DNA from: Candidatus Poribacteria bacterium
GTDB taxonomy: Bacteria; Poribacteria; WGA-4E; WGA-3G
NCBI GenBank assembly: GCA_964291315.2
Contig: OZ219752.1
Coordinates: 160,001 to 224,000, forward strand
Direction: 5' to 3'
Length of the DNA stretch: 64,000 nt
Shown: positions 20,615 through 30,342 of the stretch, in pieces
Layout of the letters: each line of letters opens with the position of its first letter
How positions within the stretch are numbered: the stretch's first letter is position 1
The notes under the pieces: generated by a model
What the model saw: only the letters and a program-made list of their open reading frames with translations
What the model was told of the DNA's origin: nothing
The model's database searches: none
Translations under genes and position numbers: made by a program

Positions 20615-21727
20615 TTACGATTCGCGAATACTCGCCGATAATACATTAGTGAGTTTTTCATCTCCTTGAGCAATGACTAGAACAATCTCTAAAACAAATA
20701 TCGGAAACCTCCGGTGTCCTACAAGCTGCATCAATTTCTGTTCGTCTTTCTGTGTGGTGACGATCATATCCGCCTTCGATGCCCAGAACGCAGCATATAT
20801 CCGCCGCCCATCTTTTTCGGTATAAGTGTGATGATCAGGAAATGCCAATAACTCAACGTTTTCTGCGGAACACCGCCTCAGGGTCGTTTCGAAACTCGCT
20901 GGGTTTCCAATTCCACAAACTGCTAGGAGCCGTTTCCCTTTAAGTCTTTTTATATTATTTTGGTTGTCTCTATCTTTAGAGACTAGTGAATAGAGACGGG
21001 TTGGTTGATGAACACTTTCCAGAATCAATGCGTTTGGAGCCAATCGTTCCACTGTCTCTGTGGCAGACACTGATAAGTTAGGTGTGTTGGTATGTGTCAG
21101 TAGGATAATATTTGCACGTCGAAGAGCAGACGGGGGCTCACGGAGCGTTCCCGCCGGTAGTAGTTTCGGTGGATCTCCGAAGAGATCTGTTGCAGAAAGG
21201 GTAAGGATATCGATATCGCGAGCAAGCTGGCGGTGTTGATACCCATCGTCCAAGAGCAGGACATCCACGCCAAAACGCTCAAGAGCAACCTGTCCAGCTA
21301 GATAGCGTCGTCTACCTACAAGAACCGGTATGCCTTTAAGCTGTTTCGCGATCATGTACGCTTCGTCCCCGCCTTCCCTTGGAGAAGCGAGCATTCCTCT
21401 GGCATCCGAAACAATGGTTACCTTTGCACGAGCCTTACGTTTGTAGCCACGGAGCAAAATAGCAAAACGGATACCTTTTTCTTGAAGATGCTTAGCAATA
21501 GCAATAACAGCAGGCGTTTTTCCTGTCCCACCAACAGTAATATTGCCTACACTGATAACAGTACACGGGAGTCTTTGTACCCTAAACACACTCAATGCAT
21601 AGAGCCGATTTCGTATCCAGATGCCCAAAGCGTAGAGCCAGCTGAGCGGAATCAACAGAATGTGTAAACGGGTGGAGAGAAGTTTTTGATGTAGCGAAGC
21701 GAGGTCATGGTAAAGTGCAAATTTCAT
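20615..21727 (-). CDS. lpxK: Tetraacyldisaccharide 4'-kinase
   Basis: VGNITVGGTGKTP, GDEA, LDDGYQH, LLPAGTLRE, FPDHH, TTQKD. Confidence 0.96.
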   Translation of the reverse strand: MKFALYHDLASLHQKLLSTRLHILLIPLSWLYALGIWIRNRLYALSVFRVQRLPCTVISVGNITVGGTGKTPAVIAIAKHLQEKGIRFAILLRGYKRKARAKVTIVSDARGMLASPREGGDEAYMIAKQLKGIPVLVGRRRYLAGQVALERFGVDVLLLDDGYQHRQLARDIDILTLSATDLFGDPPKLLPAGTLREPPSALRRANIILLTHTNTPNLSVSATETVERLAPNALILESVHQPTRLYSLVSKDRDNQNNIKRLKGKRLLAVCGIGNPASFETTLRRCSAENVELLAFPDHHTYTEKDGRRIYAAFWASKADMIVTTQKDEQKLMQLVGHRRFPIFVLEIVLVIAQGDEKLTNVLSASIRES

Positions 21728-22896
21728 CTGACTTGTTCCAAAACCAACTTAGCAGTACGTTCAGCAGCCCCGGCTGTGCCGAGTTGAGCATAAACTGCTT
21801 GAAGCGCTTGCCGTTGTGTTTCTCGTTTCTCAGGATTCTCTAAGAAGTCCAGAACCAAATCTGTTAGAGCTGTCGGTGTCAAAGCTGTCTGTAGCAGCTC
21901 AGGAACAATATCGTGCCCAGCGATAAGATTCGGCAGTCCACTCCGATTCAGAGAAGACAGAGACCTGATAATATTCCAATTGAGTGCTGACGTGCGGAAG
22001 AGGATAATCATTGGTGTCCCGATACATGTTGCTTCAAGCGTAGCTGTGCCAGAGGTAACCAGTATCAGGGTCGATGCTCGCATCATCGGGTAGGCAGACT
22101 TCTCCACAATTTTTATGGGCGGCACCTCAATGTCTACCAACACCTGCTGACATTTTGAGATGAGATCAGTTGAAATTCCTGGAGCTAAAGCGAGGATCCA
22201 TTGTACATTTGGATAGACTTTGGTAACGTCCGCAGCAGATCTCAGCATTACTGGCAAAATATGCTGAATCTCTGAACGGCGGCTCCCTGGCATCAACCCA
22301 ATAACATGGGCATTTTGGGCGTGCTCAGCTTTATCTAAATTGAGTTGTGCCCGCGCTTCGTGTATAGTGAGAGGGGTTTGTGCAAAATCGACAAGCGGAT
22401 GCCCGACGAATTCGGCATTAGCACCGGCGTTTCGGTAAAATTCCGCCTCAAAGGGAAAAATCGCAGCAACAATGTTAGCCCACTTCGCTAACTTCCGTGC
22501 CCGACCAGTACGCCACGCCCATGCCTTTGGAGGGATATAGTAGACGACCGGAACCCCTCGGCTCCGAGCGAACTTGGCCAACGGCATGTTGAACTCGGCA
22601 AAATCAACGAGGAGAAGCACATCCGGATGCTCCTCACAGATACGGCGTTTTAGATGCGCCTGTTTCTGAAGAAATATCGGTAGGACAGTAATGACATCAG
22701 CGAACCCCATGACGGCAGAATCCCGGATGTGGAAATCCAGTTTCACCGATGCCCTCTCCATTTCGTCGCCGCCCATACCAAAGAAAGTTATATTTGGATA
22801 AAGTGCCTTAAGCCGATCGACAACATGAGAGGCGTGCAGGTCCCCAGAAGGTTCTCCAGCAACAATCATAATTTTTAAACTATTCAATCTAGTCAC
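21724..22896 (-). CDS. lpxB: Lipid-A-disaccharide synthase
   Basis: AGEPSGDLH, WAWR, FVGHPL, LMPGSRRSE, SGTATLE. Confidence 0.96.
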   Translation of the reverse strand: MTRLNSLKIMIVAGEPSGDLHASHVVDRLKALYPNITFFGMGGDEMERASVKLDFHIRDSAVMGFADVITVLPIFLQKQAHLKRRICEEHPDVLLLVDFAEFNMPLAKFARSRGVPVVYYIPPKAWAWRTGRARKLAKWANIVAAIFPFEAEFYRNAGANAEFVGHPLVDFAQTPLTIHEARAQLNLDKAEHAQNAHVIGLMPGSRRSEIQHILPVMLRSAADVTKVYPNVQWILALAPGISTDLISKCQQVLVDIEVPPIKIVEKSAYPMMRASTLILVTSGTATLEATCIGTPMIILFRTSALNWNIIRSLSSLNRSGLPNLIAGHDIVPELLQTALTPTALTDLVLDFLENPEKRETQRQALQAVYAQLGTAGAAERTAKLVLEQVR

Positions 22897-23058
22897 CGTC
22901 CCACGCTATTTGGTGGTGGACTCGCCGATGAGCGATCTGCTTCACGGTGGTTTTCGGTGAGGTACAACAGTCTCTCAATGATGAAAAAGGTTCTAAAAAT
23001 TAGAATCTATATTCTCATTACGAGGCAAACTGAAGGTTTTCGATAGCTGATAGCCATT

Positions 23059-24102
23059 CTAGGGCATCATCCCCGGCATTTTCAGCCCGTCAGTTTCTTT
23101 GAAACCGAACATCAGATTGAGGTTCTGTACAACGGCTCCTGCGGCACCTTTACCGAGATTATCAATTGCTGCCATAGCGACGATGCGGCGGGTCCGCGTG
23201 TCCACTTCAAGGCCAACATCGCAATAGTTACTACCAAGGACGGCTTTCGTTTCCGGGTATCTGCCGGGCGGAAGCACACGAATAAATGGCTCGTTTTCGT
23301 AAAAATCGGAATAGATAGCAAGAGCTTCTTCGGTGGACATTTCTTGCGTAAGACGCATGTAGACAGTACTGAGAATGCCGCGTGTCATCGGAACAAGGTG
23401 TGGCGTAAACGTTATACGAACTGTTCCGGATGCTGCAACCGTCAATTCTTGTTCAATCTCCGGCGTATGCCGATGGACACCAATATTGTAAGCTACAAAG
23501 TTAGACTCTCGATTCGGATAGTGTGTATTTTGGCTCGGCTTCGGACCGGCCCCGGAAATCCCTGATTTCGAGTCAACGATGATAGAATCTAACTCCACGA
23601 CACCTTGAGTGACAAAAGGCATCGCTGCGAGTATAGCACTCGTTGGGTAACACCCAGGGTTCGCGACGAGTTGTGCAGAACGAATACAGTCACGATACCG
23701 TTCTGGTAACCCATAAACAGCCCGTGCTATCAGCTTTGTACTTGTATGTTTCACACGATACCAATTCTCATAGCTATCAGCATCCTTAAGTCGGTAGTCG
23801 GCACTAAAATCCACAACACGCAAGCCTTGTTCCAGAATTTGCGGTACAAACGACATGGCAACCTTGTGTGGAACAGCGAGAACAACGACATCCGCTCTCT
23901 CTTTGAGAGAGCTAATGTCTAAGGCTTCAAATTTAGCAGATAGAAACCCGCGGAGGTTAGGTAGAACACTATCAATACACTGGCCAGCGTAGGTCTCAGA
24001 CGTGCAGAGTGCTACCTGCAGTTCTCCAGGATGGCTGACAAGAAATCGCAGTAATTCACTGCCACTATACCCTGAGGCACCAACAATTCCAATTTTTACC
24101 AT
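23059..24102 (-). CDS. argC: N-acetyl-gamma-glutamyl-phosphate reductase
   Basis: GASGYSG, ANPGCYPT, HRHTPEI, IDNLGKGAAG. Confidence 0.97.
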   Translation of the reverse strand: MVKIGIVGASGYSGSELLRFLVSHPGELQVALCTSETYAGQCIDSVLPNLRGFLSAKFEALDISSLKERADVVVLAVPHKVAMSFVPQILEQGLRVVDFSADYRLKDADSYENWYRVKHTSTKLIARAVYGLPERYRDCIRSAQLVANPGCYPTSAILAAMPFVTQGVVELDSIIVDSKSGISGAGPKPSQNTHYPNRESNFVAYNIGVHRHTPEIEQELTVAASGTVRITFTPHLVPMTRGILSTVYMRLTQEMSTEEALAIYSDFYENEPFIRVLPPGRYPETKAVLGSNYCDVGLEVDTRTRRIVAMAAIDNLGKGAAGAVVQNLNLMFGFKETDGLKMPGMMP

Positions 24103-24375
24103 TTACATCTTACCACGTGTCTTTTACGAAGGTGTTAATTTTGTATAAAATTTTACAACATTTTAAGCGAAAAGTCAAGTGATATTGTGGCTGTCGGCAC
24201 CCGGTGAAATCTCATAGCAGCGAAGTGGCTCGTTCTACAAACCGAGATTGATTGCCGAAAGAATTATGTAGCAACTCATGTTGACCACTGAGACTGATCT
24301 CACCGAAATGCAACATCACCTACGTTCAGAAGCTTGTAGCAACCTATACTAACCGTTCATAACTGTTAAAATCAA

Positions 24376-24404
24376 TTGACATAGTGTCTCATGCACGATA
24401 AAAT
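24376..24404 (+). promoter_or_regulatory. Sigma70-type promoter for the FAH gene
   Basis: TTGACA-N17-TAAAAT. Confidence 0.6.
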
Positions 24405-24456
24405 ACAAGAAGTTTCGGCTTATAAACAACTCCGGAAAATCCAAAAGGAGATCATT

Positions 24457-25209
24457 ATGAAATTTGCGCGATATGAATTAAATGGCAGAGTCGGTTACGG
24501 CATCGTTTCAGGAGAAAATATGAGCGTCCTCTCGGGATGCCCATTTGGTGAATACAATGAAACGGGTGAGACCGTCGCATTGGCAGATGTCAGACTCCTC
24601 GCGCCGACAACACCGACAAAGGTATTAGCCGTGGGTCTGAATTATCGGAGTCACTTAGGTGGGGATCCGGAACCTCAAAACCCTGAAATCTTCATCAAAA
24701 CCCCATCTTGTATCAACAACCCAGGCGGCAATATTGAACTCCCGGACGGTGATAATGAAGTCCACGCCGAAGGCGAGCTTGTCGTTATTATGAAGAAACA
24801 GACTCGAAAAGCGACACCAGAAGAAGCATCTGCAAATATATTAGGTGTGACATGCGGCAACGATGTGAGTGCACGCACCTGGCAAAGCAATGATTTACAG
24901 TGGTGGCGTGCTAAGGCATCTGATACCTTTGGACCCATAGGCCCCTTCATCGCTACCGATGTTGACTACACCGATGCACAATTGGAAACTCGTATTAACA
25001 GCGACGTTGTCCAGAAGCAGACCACAGCCGACCTTATCTTTCCGGTAACGACCGTTGTGAGCTTCATTTCACAGGCAGTAACACTGGAACCGGGAGATGC
25101 GATTTTTACAGGGACGCCCGGCACAACAACCGCGCTGAAAGCTGGGGATGTTGTTGAAATCGAAATTCAAGGCATTGGGGTTCTGAGAAATCACGTCGTT
25201 GCAGAGTGA
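24457..25209 (+). CDS. Fumarylacetoacetate-hydrolase family protein
   Basis: VGLNY, HAEGEL, NDVSAR, KASDTFGP, TGTP; AAGGAG RBS before ATG 24457. Confidence 0.93.
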   Translation: MKFARYELNGRVGYGIVSGENMSVLSGCPFGEYNETGETVALADVRLLAPTTPTKVLAVGLNYRSHLGGDPEPQNPEIFIKTPSCINNPGGNIELPDGDNEVHAEGELVVIMKKQTRKATPEEASANILGVTCGNDVSARTWQSNDLQWWRAKASDTFGPIGPFIATDVDYTDAQLETRINSDVVQKQTTADLIFPVTTVVSFISQAVTLEPGDAIFTGTPGTTTALKAGDVVEIEIQGIGVLRNHVVAE

Positions 25210-25320
25210 TCCTGTCGCTATTGAGTTTTCTAATCTTTCATCTGTTGACATTAAAAGCGCCAAAATTGCCTTTATAACCAAGGGTGAAGCCTAGATTTAA
25301 AACCTACTTTGACTTGTTGT

Positions 25321-25348
25321 ACAGGCGAGGTCTCCTAACCTCGCTTGT
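25321..25348. repeat. Intergenic palindrome (REP-like hairpin)
   Basis: ACAGGCGAGGT-ctccta-ACCTCGCTTGT. Confidence 0.5.
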
Positions 25349-25370
25349 ATCCACGGATTGAGGACACATC

Positions 25371-26648
25371 ATGCCAACCTACATTGCCTGCGGTGGAAAA
25401 GACAGCGTTATCACGTCCGAAGAGAAGCTCGCCTTGCTCCACAAGGCTCTTCTCAAATTAGGCGGTATTCCGAAAAAAATGTTGATAATTCCCCCCGATA
25501 TAACACGTCTCCACTCAAACGCCGGCGAACTCACCCAAATTCTCTACAAGCTGTGGAATGCTGCAAATGGCACAACTTTCGATATCCTCCCTGCTATCGG
25601 TACACACGCGCCAATGACCGAAGAACAAATTGCCGAAATGTATGGTAATTTGCCCAAGGCAACCTACCACGTTCACAATTGGCGCACTGGATTGTACGAT
25701 TTGGGTGAAATTCCATCCGAGTTCGTGGAGGAGGTCTCAAGCGGCAAACTCGATTACAGCATACCTGTTGCCGTAAATCGCCGCCTTGTAGAGGGAAACT
25801 ACGAACTCATTGTTTCTGTCGGACAAGTAATCCCACACGAAGTGATTGGCATTGCCAACGGATTTAAAAACATTCTTGTTGGGGTGGGTGGGGTTGACAT
25901 GATTAACAAATCGCATTTCCTTGGTGCCGTAGACGGTATGGAACGCTTGATGGGACGGACGGATACTTCTGTCAGGAAAGTGCTCAACTATGCCCATGCC
26001 TGCTATCTGAAGCGGCTCGGAATTTTGTACATTATGAGTGTTATGGACGCGGATACCACTGGCAAACGTGTGATGCGTGGACTTTACATCGGTGACGATG
26101 AACAAACTTTTGAAACTGCCGCAGAATTAAGCAGATCTGTTAACATGACCTTTCTAGATACGCCTTTAGAAAAGGGAGTTGTCTACTTGGATCCGAGAGA
26201 ATTTAAAAGTACATGGCTCGGCAACAAAGCAATCTACCGCACACGAATGGCGATGGCAGACGACAGTGAATTAATTATCATCGCGCCGGGGTTACATGAA
26301 TTCGGCGAGGATGCCGAAATCGACAGGCTGATCCGAAAGTATGGCTATCGCGGCACCCAGGCAACGCTCAACTCCGTTTTAGAAAACCGTGAGTTGCAAG
26401 AAAACCTTTCTGCCGCCGCCCACCTAATTCACGGCAGCACCGAAGGACGCTTCAAAGTTACATACGCCACAAAGCACCTCACTCAGATGGAGATTGAATC
26501 GGTAGGCTACCAGTGGGCACCGATAAACGAAACGCTTTCCCAATACAATCCAGAAAAACTTGTTGATGGCTTCAACGAGGGCGGCTTCTTTTACATCAGC
26601 GAGCCTGGACAAGGGTTATGGGCATTGCGGTCTCGGTTTAGTGAGTAG
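25371..26648 (+). CDS. LarA (lactate racemase)-domain protein, probable hydroxy-acid/sugar-acid epimerase
   Basis: PPDITR, AIGTHAPMT, VHNW and PHEVIG..G.KN motifs of the LarA N-terminal domain. Confidence 0.82.
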   Translation: MPTYIACGGKDSVITSEEKLALLHKALLKLGGIPKKMLIIPPDITRLHSNAGELTQILYKLWNAANGTTFDILPAIGTHAPMTEEQIAEMYGNLPKATYHVHNWRTGLYDLGEIPSEFVEEVSSGKLDYSIPVAVNRRLVEGNYELIVSVGQVIPHEVIGIANGFKNILVGVGGVDMINKSHFLGAVDGMERLMGRTDTSVRKVLNYAHACYLKRLGILYIMSVMDADTTGKRVMRGLYIGDDEQTFETAAELSRSVNMTFLDTPLEKGVVYLDPREFKSTWLGNKAIYRTRMAMADDSELIIIAPGLHEFGEDAEIDRLIRKYGYRGTQATLNSVLENRELQENLSAAAHLIHGSTEGRFKVTYATKHLTQMEIESVGYQWAPINETLSQYNPEKLVDGFNEGGFFYISEPGQGLWALRSRFSE

Positions 26649-26797
26649 TTAAATTTTGGGAGCAGGACAGAGAGTGGTTTACAATCGTTGAAGATTATCG
26701 ACGGAAAACATACCCATGATTATATCGCCTGCCCGTTTGATTTTGACGATTTAATTAAATTTATCCATACACATGAATCTCAAGGCGCGCTCCGATG

Positions 26798-27520
26798 TCA
26801 TCGAGCGTTTGAACGTTTGTAGGGGCTAAGCAATTCCGGTAATTCTGAAAGGCTCTGGATCGTCTCGCTCCATTTGCCGGTTTGCGTTCCATCCCGGTCG
26901 AGTAATATGGGACGAATCCCGACATTCTTTGCCCCGACGATATCTGCTGCGTAGGTATCTCCGACATGCACTGTTTCCTCTGCCGAAACTCCGACTGCTG
27001 CAAGTGTGTACATAAAAATATGTGGGTCCGGCTTCGCTGATCTGACGCGTACATCGTGTGAAGCGACAATAGCATCAAAATAATCGGAGATGCCTAATCT
27101 TTCGGTAAGCGGATCCAAGGGCGTATCCCAATTGGAAACTATCGCTAATTTGAAGCCTGCACTCCGTAAATGCTGAAGGGTCGGCATAACATCGTCGTAG
27201 AGTGTCGCAGCATTCGCTGCAAAGAGCGAGTGTTCAGATTGCAACAATTCCCACGCAATCTGTTCTACATGTTCTTGAACGCCAAGTTGCTTTATAAATT
27301 CGCAGTAACTCTCAACAATTTCTTGCATTGTTCCAAGAAGAGAGTGCTCGATAGGATCGGAGCCTGATGCTTCTGCATAAAGGTTCGCATGTGCTTTTAT
27401 GTAACGTTTAGGGTCAATGTCAAGCCCATAGCGTCCTGCAATCTTTTGGAGTCTTAGTTCCAGCGACTGCTCCCAAACACACAAGGTAAAATAAAAATCA
27501 AAGAAAACCGCTTTTGTCAT
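26798..27520 (-). CDS. HAD-superfamily hydrolase
   Basis: FFDFYFT, VSNWD, KPDP, HVGD..ADIVGA. Confidence 0.9.
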   Translation of the reverse strand: MTKAVFFDFYFTLCVWEQSLELRLQKIAGRYGLDIDPKRYIKAHANLYAEASGSDPIEHSLLGTMQEIVESYCEFIKQLGVQEHVEQIAWELLQSEHSLFAANAATLYDDVMPTLQHLRSAGFKLAIVSNWDTPLDPLTERLGISDYFDAIVASHDVRVRSAKPDPHIFMYTLAAVGVSAEETVHVGDTYAADIVGAKNVGIRPILLDRDGTQTGKWSETIQSLSELPELLSPYKRSNAR

Positions 27521-27540
27521 TTGTTATGTAGCGCGAGCTG

Positions 27541-28245
27541 TTAGTTTGCCTCTTTCTGCCTATAATAGAAAGTCGGATCTGGGATACCAGCCTCTTTAAA
27601 GCCTTTTTTTCTGAGCAGGCAGCTGTCACACGCACCACATGCTCTACCTTCAGTATCTGGATCGTAGCAGCTCAAGGTAAGGGCATAATCGACACCGAGT
27701 GCTGCGCCAATTTGAATGATCTCCGCCTTCGTTTTATCTATAAGTGGAGCGCGGATTTTTAACTTTGTTTTGCCTTCAACACCTGCTCTTGTCGCGAGAT
27801 TTGCCATCGTTTGATAGGCATCTATATATTCAGGACGACAATCTGGGTAACCGCTGTAATCAATAACATTTGTTCCAATAAAGATTGTATCAGCAACGAG
27901 AACTTCAGCCCAAGCGAGCGCGTAGGAGAGAAAAATTGTGTTTCGGGCGGGAACGTAAGTGATGGGGATGCCATTTCCCATGTCTGCATCAGATCTGTTC
28001 TTTGGAACTTCAATATCTGTTGTCAGTGCCGATCCTCCAAAATGACGCAGGTTGACATCAAAGATGTTATGCTGCTTCACATCTAATGTCATAGCGATGT
28101 TTTTCGCGCATTGAAGTTCCGCCGTCTGCCGTTGACCGTAGCGAAAACTCATTGCATAAGTGTCATAACCCTCATCGCGAGCGATAGCGAGCACTGTTGT
28201 TGAATCCAAGCCGCCACTGAGCAAGACAACCGCTTTTTTTAACAC
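27541..28245 (-). CDS. queC: 7-cyano-7-deazaguanine synthase
   Basis: SGGLDS, TYVPARN, YPDCRPE, SCY...CGACDSC. Confidence 0.96.
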   Translation of the reverse strand: MLKKAVVLLSGGLDSTTVLAIARDEGYDTYAMSFRYGQRQTAELQCAKNIAMTLDVKQHNIFDVNLRHFGGSALTTDIEVPKNRSDADMGNGIPITYVPARNTIFLSYALAWAEVLVADTIFIGTNVIDYSGYPDCRPEYIDAYQTMANLATRAGVEGKTKLKIRAPLIDKTKAEIIQIGAALGVDYALTLSCYDPDTEGRACGACDSCLLRKKGFKEAGIPDPTFYYRQKEAN

Positions 28246-28391
28246 CGACTTCCTTTCTAAAAGGACTAGAGCAAAAAACTGGAAGATTGGAATGGAAGGT
28301 TAGGCGTTTTCCGATGCTTCCTACCTTCCATGCCTCCTAGTTCATTGCCATTCTTTCAATCATTAGCCTTCGGTGACAGGGCAAAACCTAC

Positions 28392-28919
28392 TTACTCTTG
28401 TTCAAATTCTAACTTAGCGAAACGGATAAAAATGCCGCCCCCCGGTCTACCAAAAGGACCGTTGACGGCCAGACACGCGATCACATGCTTTTCACCCGGT
28501 TCTGCGCTTTCGGTGACAACAACGCGTTGCGGGGCGTTGAAACCAGAGGCAGCACCACGTCCTGACTTCCCGAAAGCCAAGTCGATGTTGCCATCAATCC
28601 AGACTTCCCCGTAATCGTCAATGCATGTGTGAAACCACACCTTTGAACCAGCGATAGAGATCCCGTCAACTTCCTCCGGAAGTGTCACCGTGATTCTATA
28701 CCAACCGAAGCAAAACCCAGACGAGATGAACTCTTGAATATCGTCACAAATAGGCCAGCCGGAGTCATCATAGTCAGCAAGACGAGCAGTAGTTTCCGGC
28801 AATTGATCGACTAAACCCCCATTGGGTTCCCCGGGGACAAGTCCATCGCCGTAACGCCATTCGGAATTGGTGAGTTCACGATGTTCTGTACTTTCTAAAT
28901 CAAGTTCTGCAATAATCAT
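28392..28919 (-). CDS. Hypothetical protein, galactose-binding-like (GH2 N-terminal-type) jelly roll
   Basis: DYDDSGW...GWYR...IDDYGEVWIDG pattern; AAGGA RBS before ATG 28919. Confidence 0.7.
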   Translation of the reverse strand: MIIAELDLESTEHRELTNSEWRYGDGLVPGEPNGGLVDQLPETTARLADYDDSGWPICDDIQEFISSGFCFGWYRITVTLPEEVDGISIAGSKVWFHTCIDDYGEVWIDGNIDLAFGKSGRGAASGFNAPQRVVVTESAEPGEKHVIACLAVNGPFGRPGGGIFIRFAKLEFEQE

Positions 28920-29036
28920 TAGTATTCCTTTCTTAGTGCAAGAATAGCACAAAATGTATTGAAAATAAAAAATAATTCGGTAATGTCCGGTGCGAAGTGC
29001 CCACTTAATGCCAAAAACTACCTTAACAAACCTCAC

Positions 29037-30233
29037 TTAGTGTGTGATCGCAATATTCGTAGACCAAAGTCTATAAGCAATACCTGTCGAAAAAATTAAG
29101 AAAATTCCGGCGACAATGAACGGAACCTGAACAGAAATATTCATCAGAAAGCCACTTGCGACATAACCGAGAAGAAATCCGGTGCTCCACGCCAGGTGTG
29201 TCAGGCCTACTCCATGTCCTTTCTCATGCGGTTCGGTGAGTTCATTGATAAATCGGGGAATAGTCGTCGAAAGACCCCATGCCGCGCCCGCGCCAAGTAT
29301 CCCGAAAACCTCCAAAGTAATTAACGATTTATGAAAGAACGCCACACTAAAAGCGAGGAGCGTAACAATTACGTTTGCCACGAGGGCGGGTGCCCGATGC
29401 CCAACCCTATCACATGCTCTTCCTGCAGCTAGCTGACATCCGAAAGCGAATAGAAGACTAGCAGCACCATAATAGCCAGCTGCTTTTACCCCTGCGATGC
29501 GTTCAATCAAGATCGGCATTAGTAGGTTCACGGATCCCCAATAATAGGTCGGGAAAAAGCGTAAGCCAATTAGCATCCACATCTCCGGCCGGCGACTTAG
29601 GTCCAGGTATGCCGCAGTCCTCCATCTTCCGCTATGATTTCCTTGGTTCTCAGAAGGTTGTTCGCCTGCTAATCGCGGTAGAAAGAGGCATGTGCCTACA
29701 AATAGCACACCTGCTAAAATCACCCCGCCCGTGCCGAAAACGCTATAGTCAGTCCGGTCAATGACTTCACCAGCAAGAGCGCCACCAACAGCATTGCCAA
29801 TAGTCATGCTGATAAAGTACCATCCGGTTGCTGTTCCCAACCGATGCGGAGGCACGGCACTGATGAGATAGCTCTGTCCGCCTGCAGTTTTGAACCCGGA
29901 CGCTATGCCCTCATAACAGAGGATACCCCAAAGTAACAGCGGCGTTTGTGTTGTAAAAAGCGTGCCTATTACCACCGCCCCTGTGATTCCAATTAGCAGG
30001 GCCGGTTTCCGCCCAAACCGGTCACTGAGTGTTCCCCCGACTAGGGCTGAGATACCACCGAGTCCTATCGGAAGCGCGCGCAGCAGGGCAGCAAACAATG
30101 GAGTTTCTTCTAAAATCCGTTCTGCATAGACCGGAAAAAGCATCTGCACCGGTCCTGTTACTAGACCAACAGCAAACACAATCCCGCAAAGAAAAATAAA
30201 CCCCCGACTCCACATTTTTAAAATAGCTGTCAA
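29037..30233 (-). CDS. MFS transporter
   Basis: About 12 TM helices; GTLSDRFGRK motif A. Confidence 0.92.
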   Translation of the reverse strand: MTAILKMWSRGFIFLCGIVFAVGLVTGPVQMLFPVYAERILEETPLFAALLRALPIGLGGISALVGGTLSDRFGRKPALLIGITGAVVIGTLFTTQTPLLLWGILCYEGIASGFKTAGGQSYLISAVPPHRLGTATGWYFISMTIGNAVGGALAGEVIDRTDYSVFGTGGVILAGVLFVGTCLFLPRLAGEQPSENQGNHSGRWRTAAYLDLSRRPEMWMLIGLRFFPTYYWGSVNLLMPILIERIAGVKAAGYYGAASLLFAFGCQLAAGRACDRVGHRAPALVANVIVTLLAFSVAFFHKSLITLEVFGILGAGAAWGLSTTIPRFINELTEPHEKGHGVGLTHLAWSTGFLLGYVASGFLMNISVQVPFIVAGIFLIFSTGIAYRLWSTNIAITH

Positions 30234-30342
30234 CGTTAATGGTGGTCAGCTGTCAGGATTTCGTTATGTTTACTGTCAGCAAGAAAAACTCGAAGCCTAA
30301 CCCCGATAGCCGTTTCACTAACTGCCCTAAAGTCTATAGCCA

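Noticed and set aside
27541-28245. queC as part of a QatABCD or Dpd defence system
   Set aside because: Canonical size and motifs, with no ATPase, TatD or dpd neighbours.
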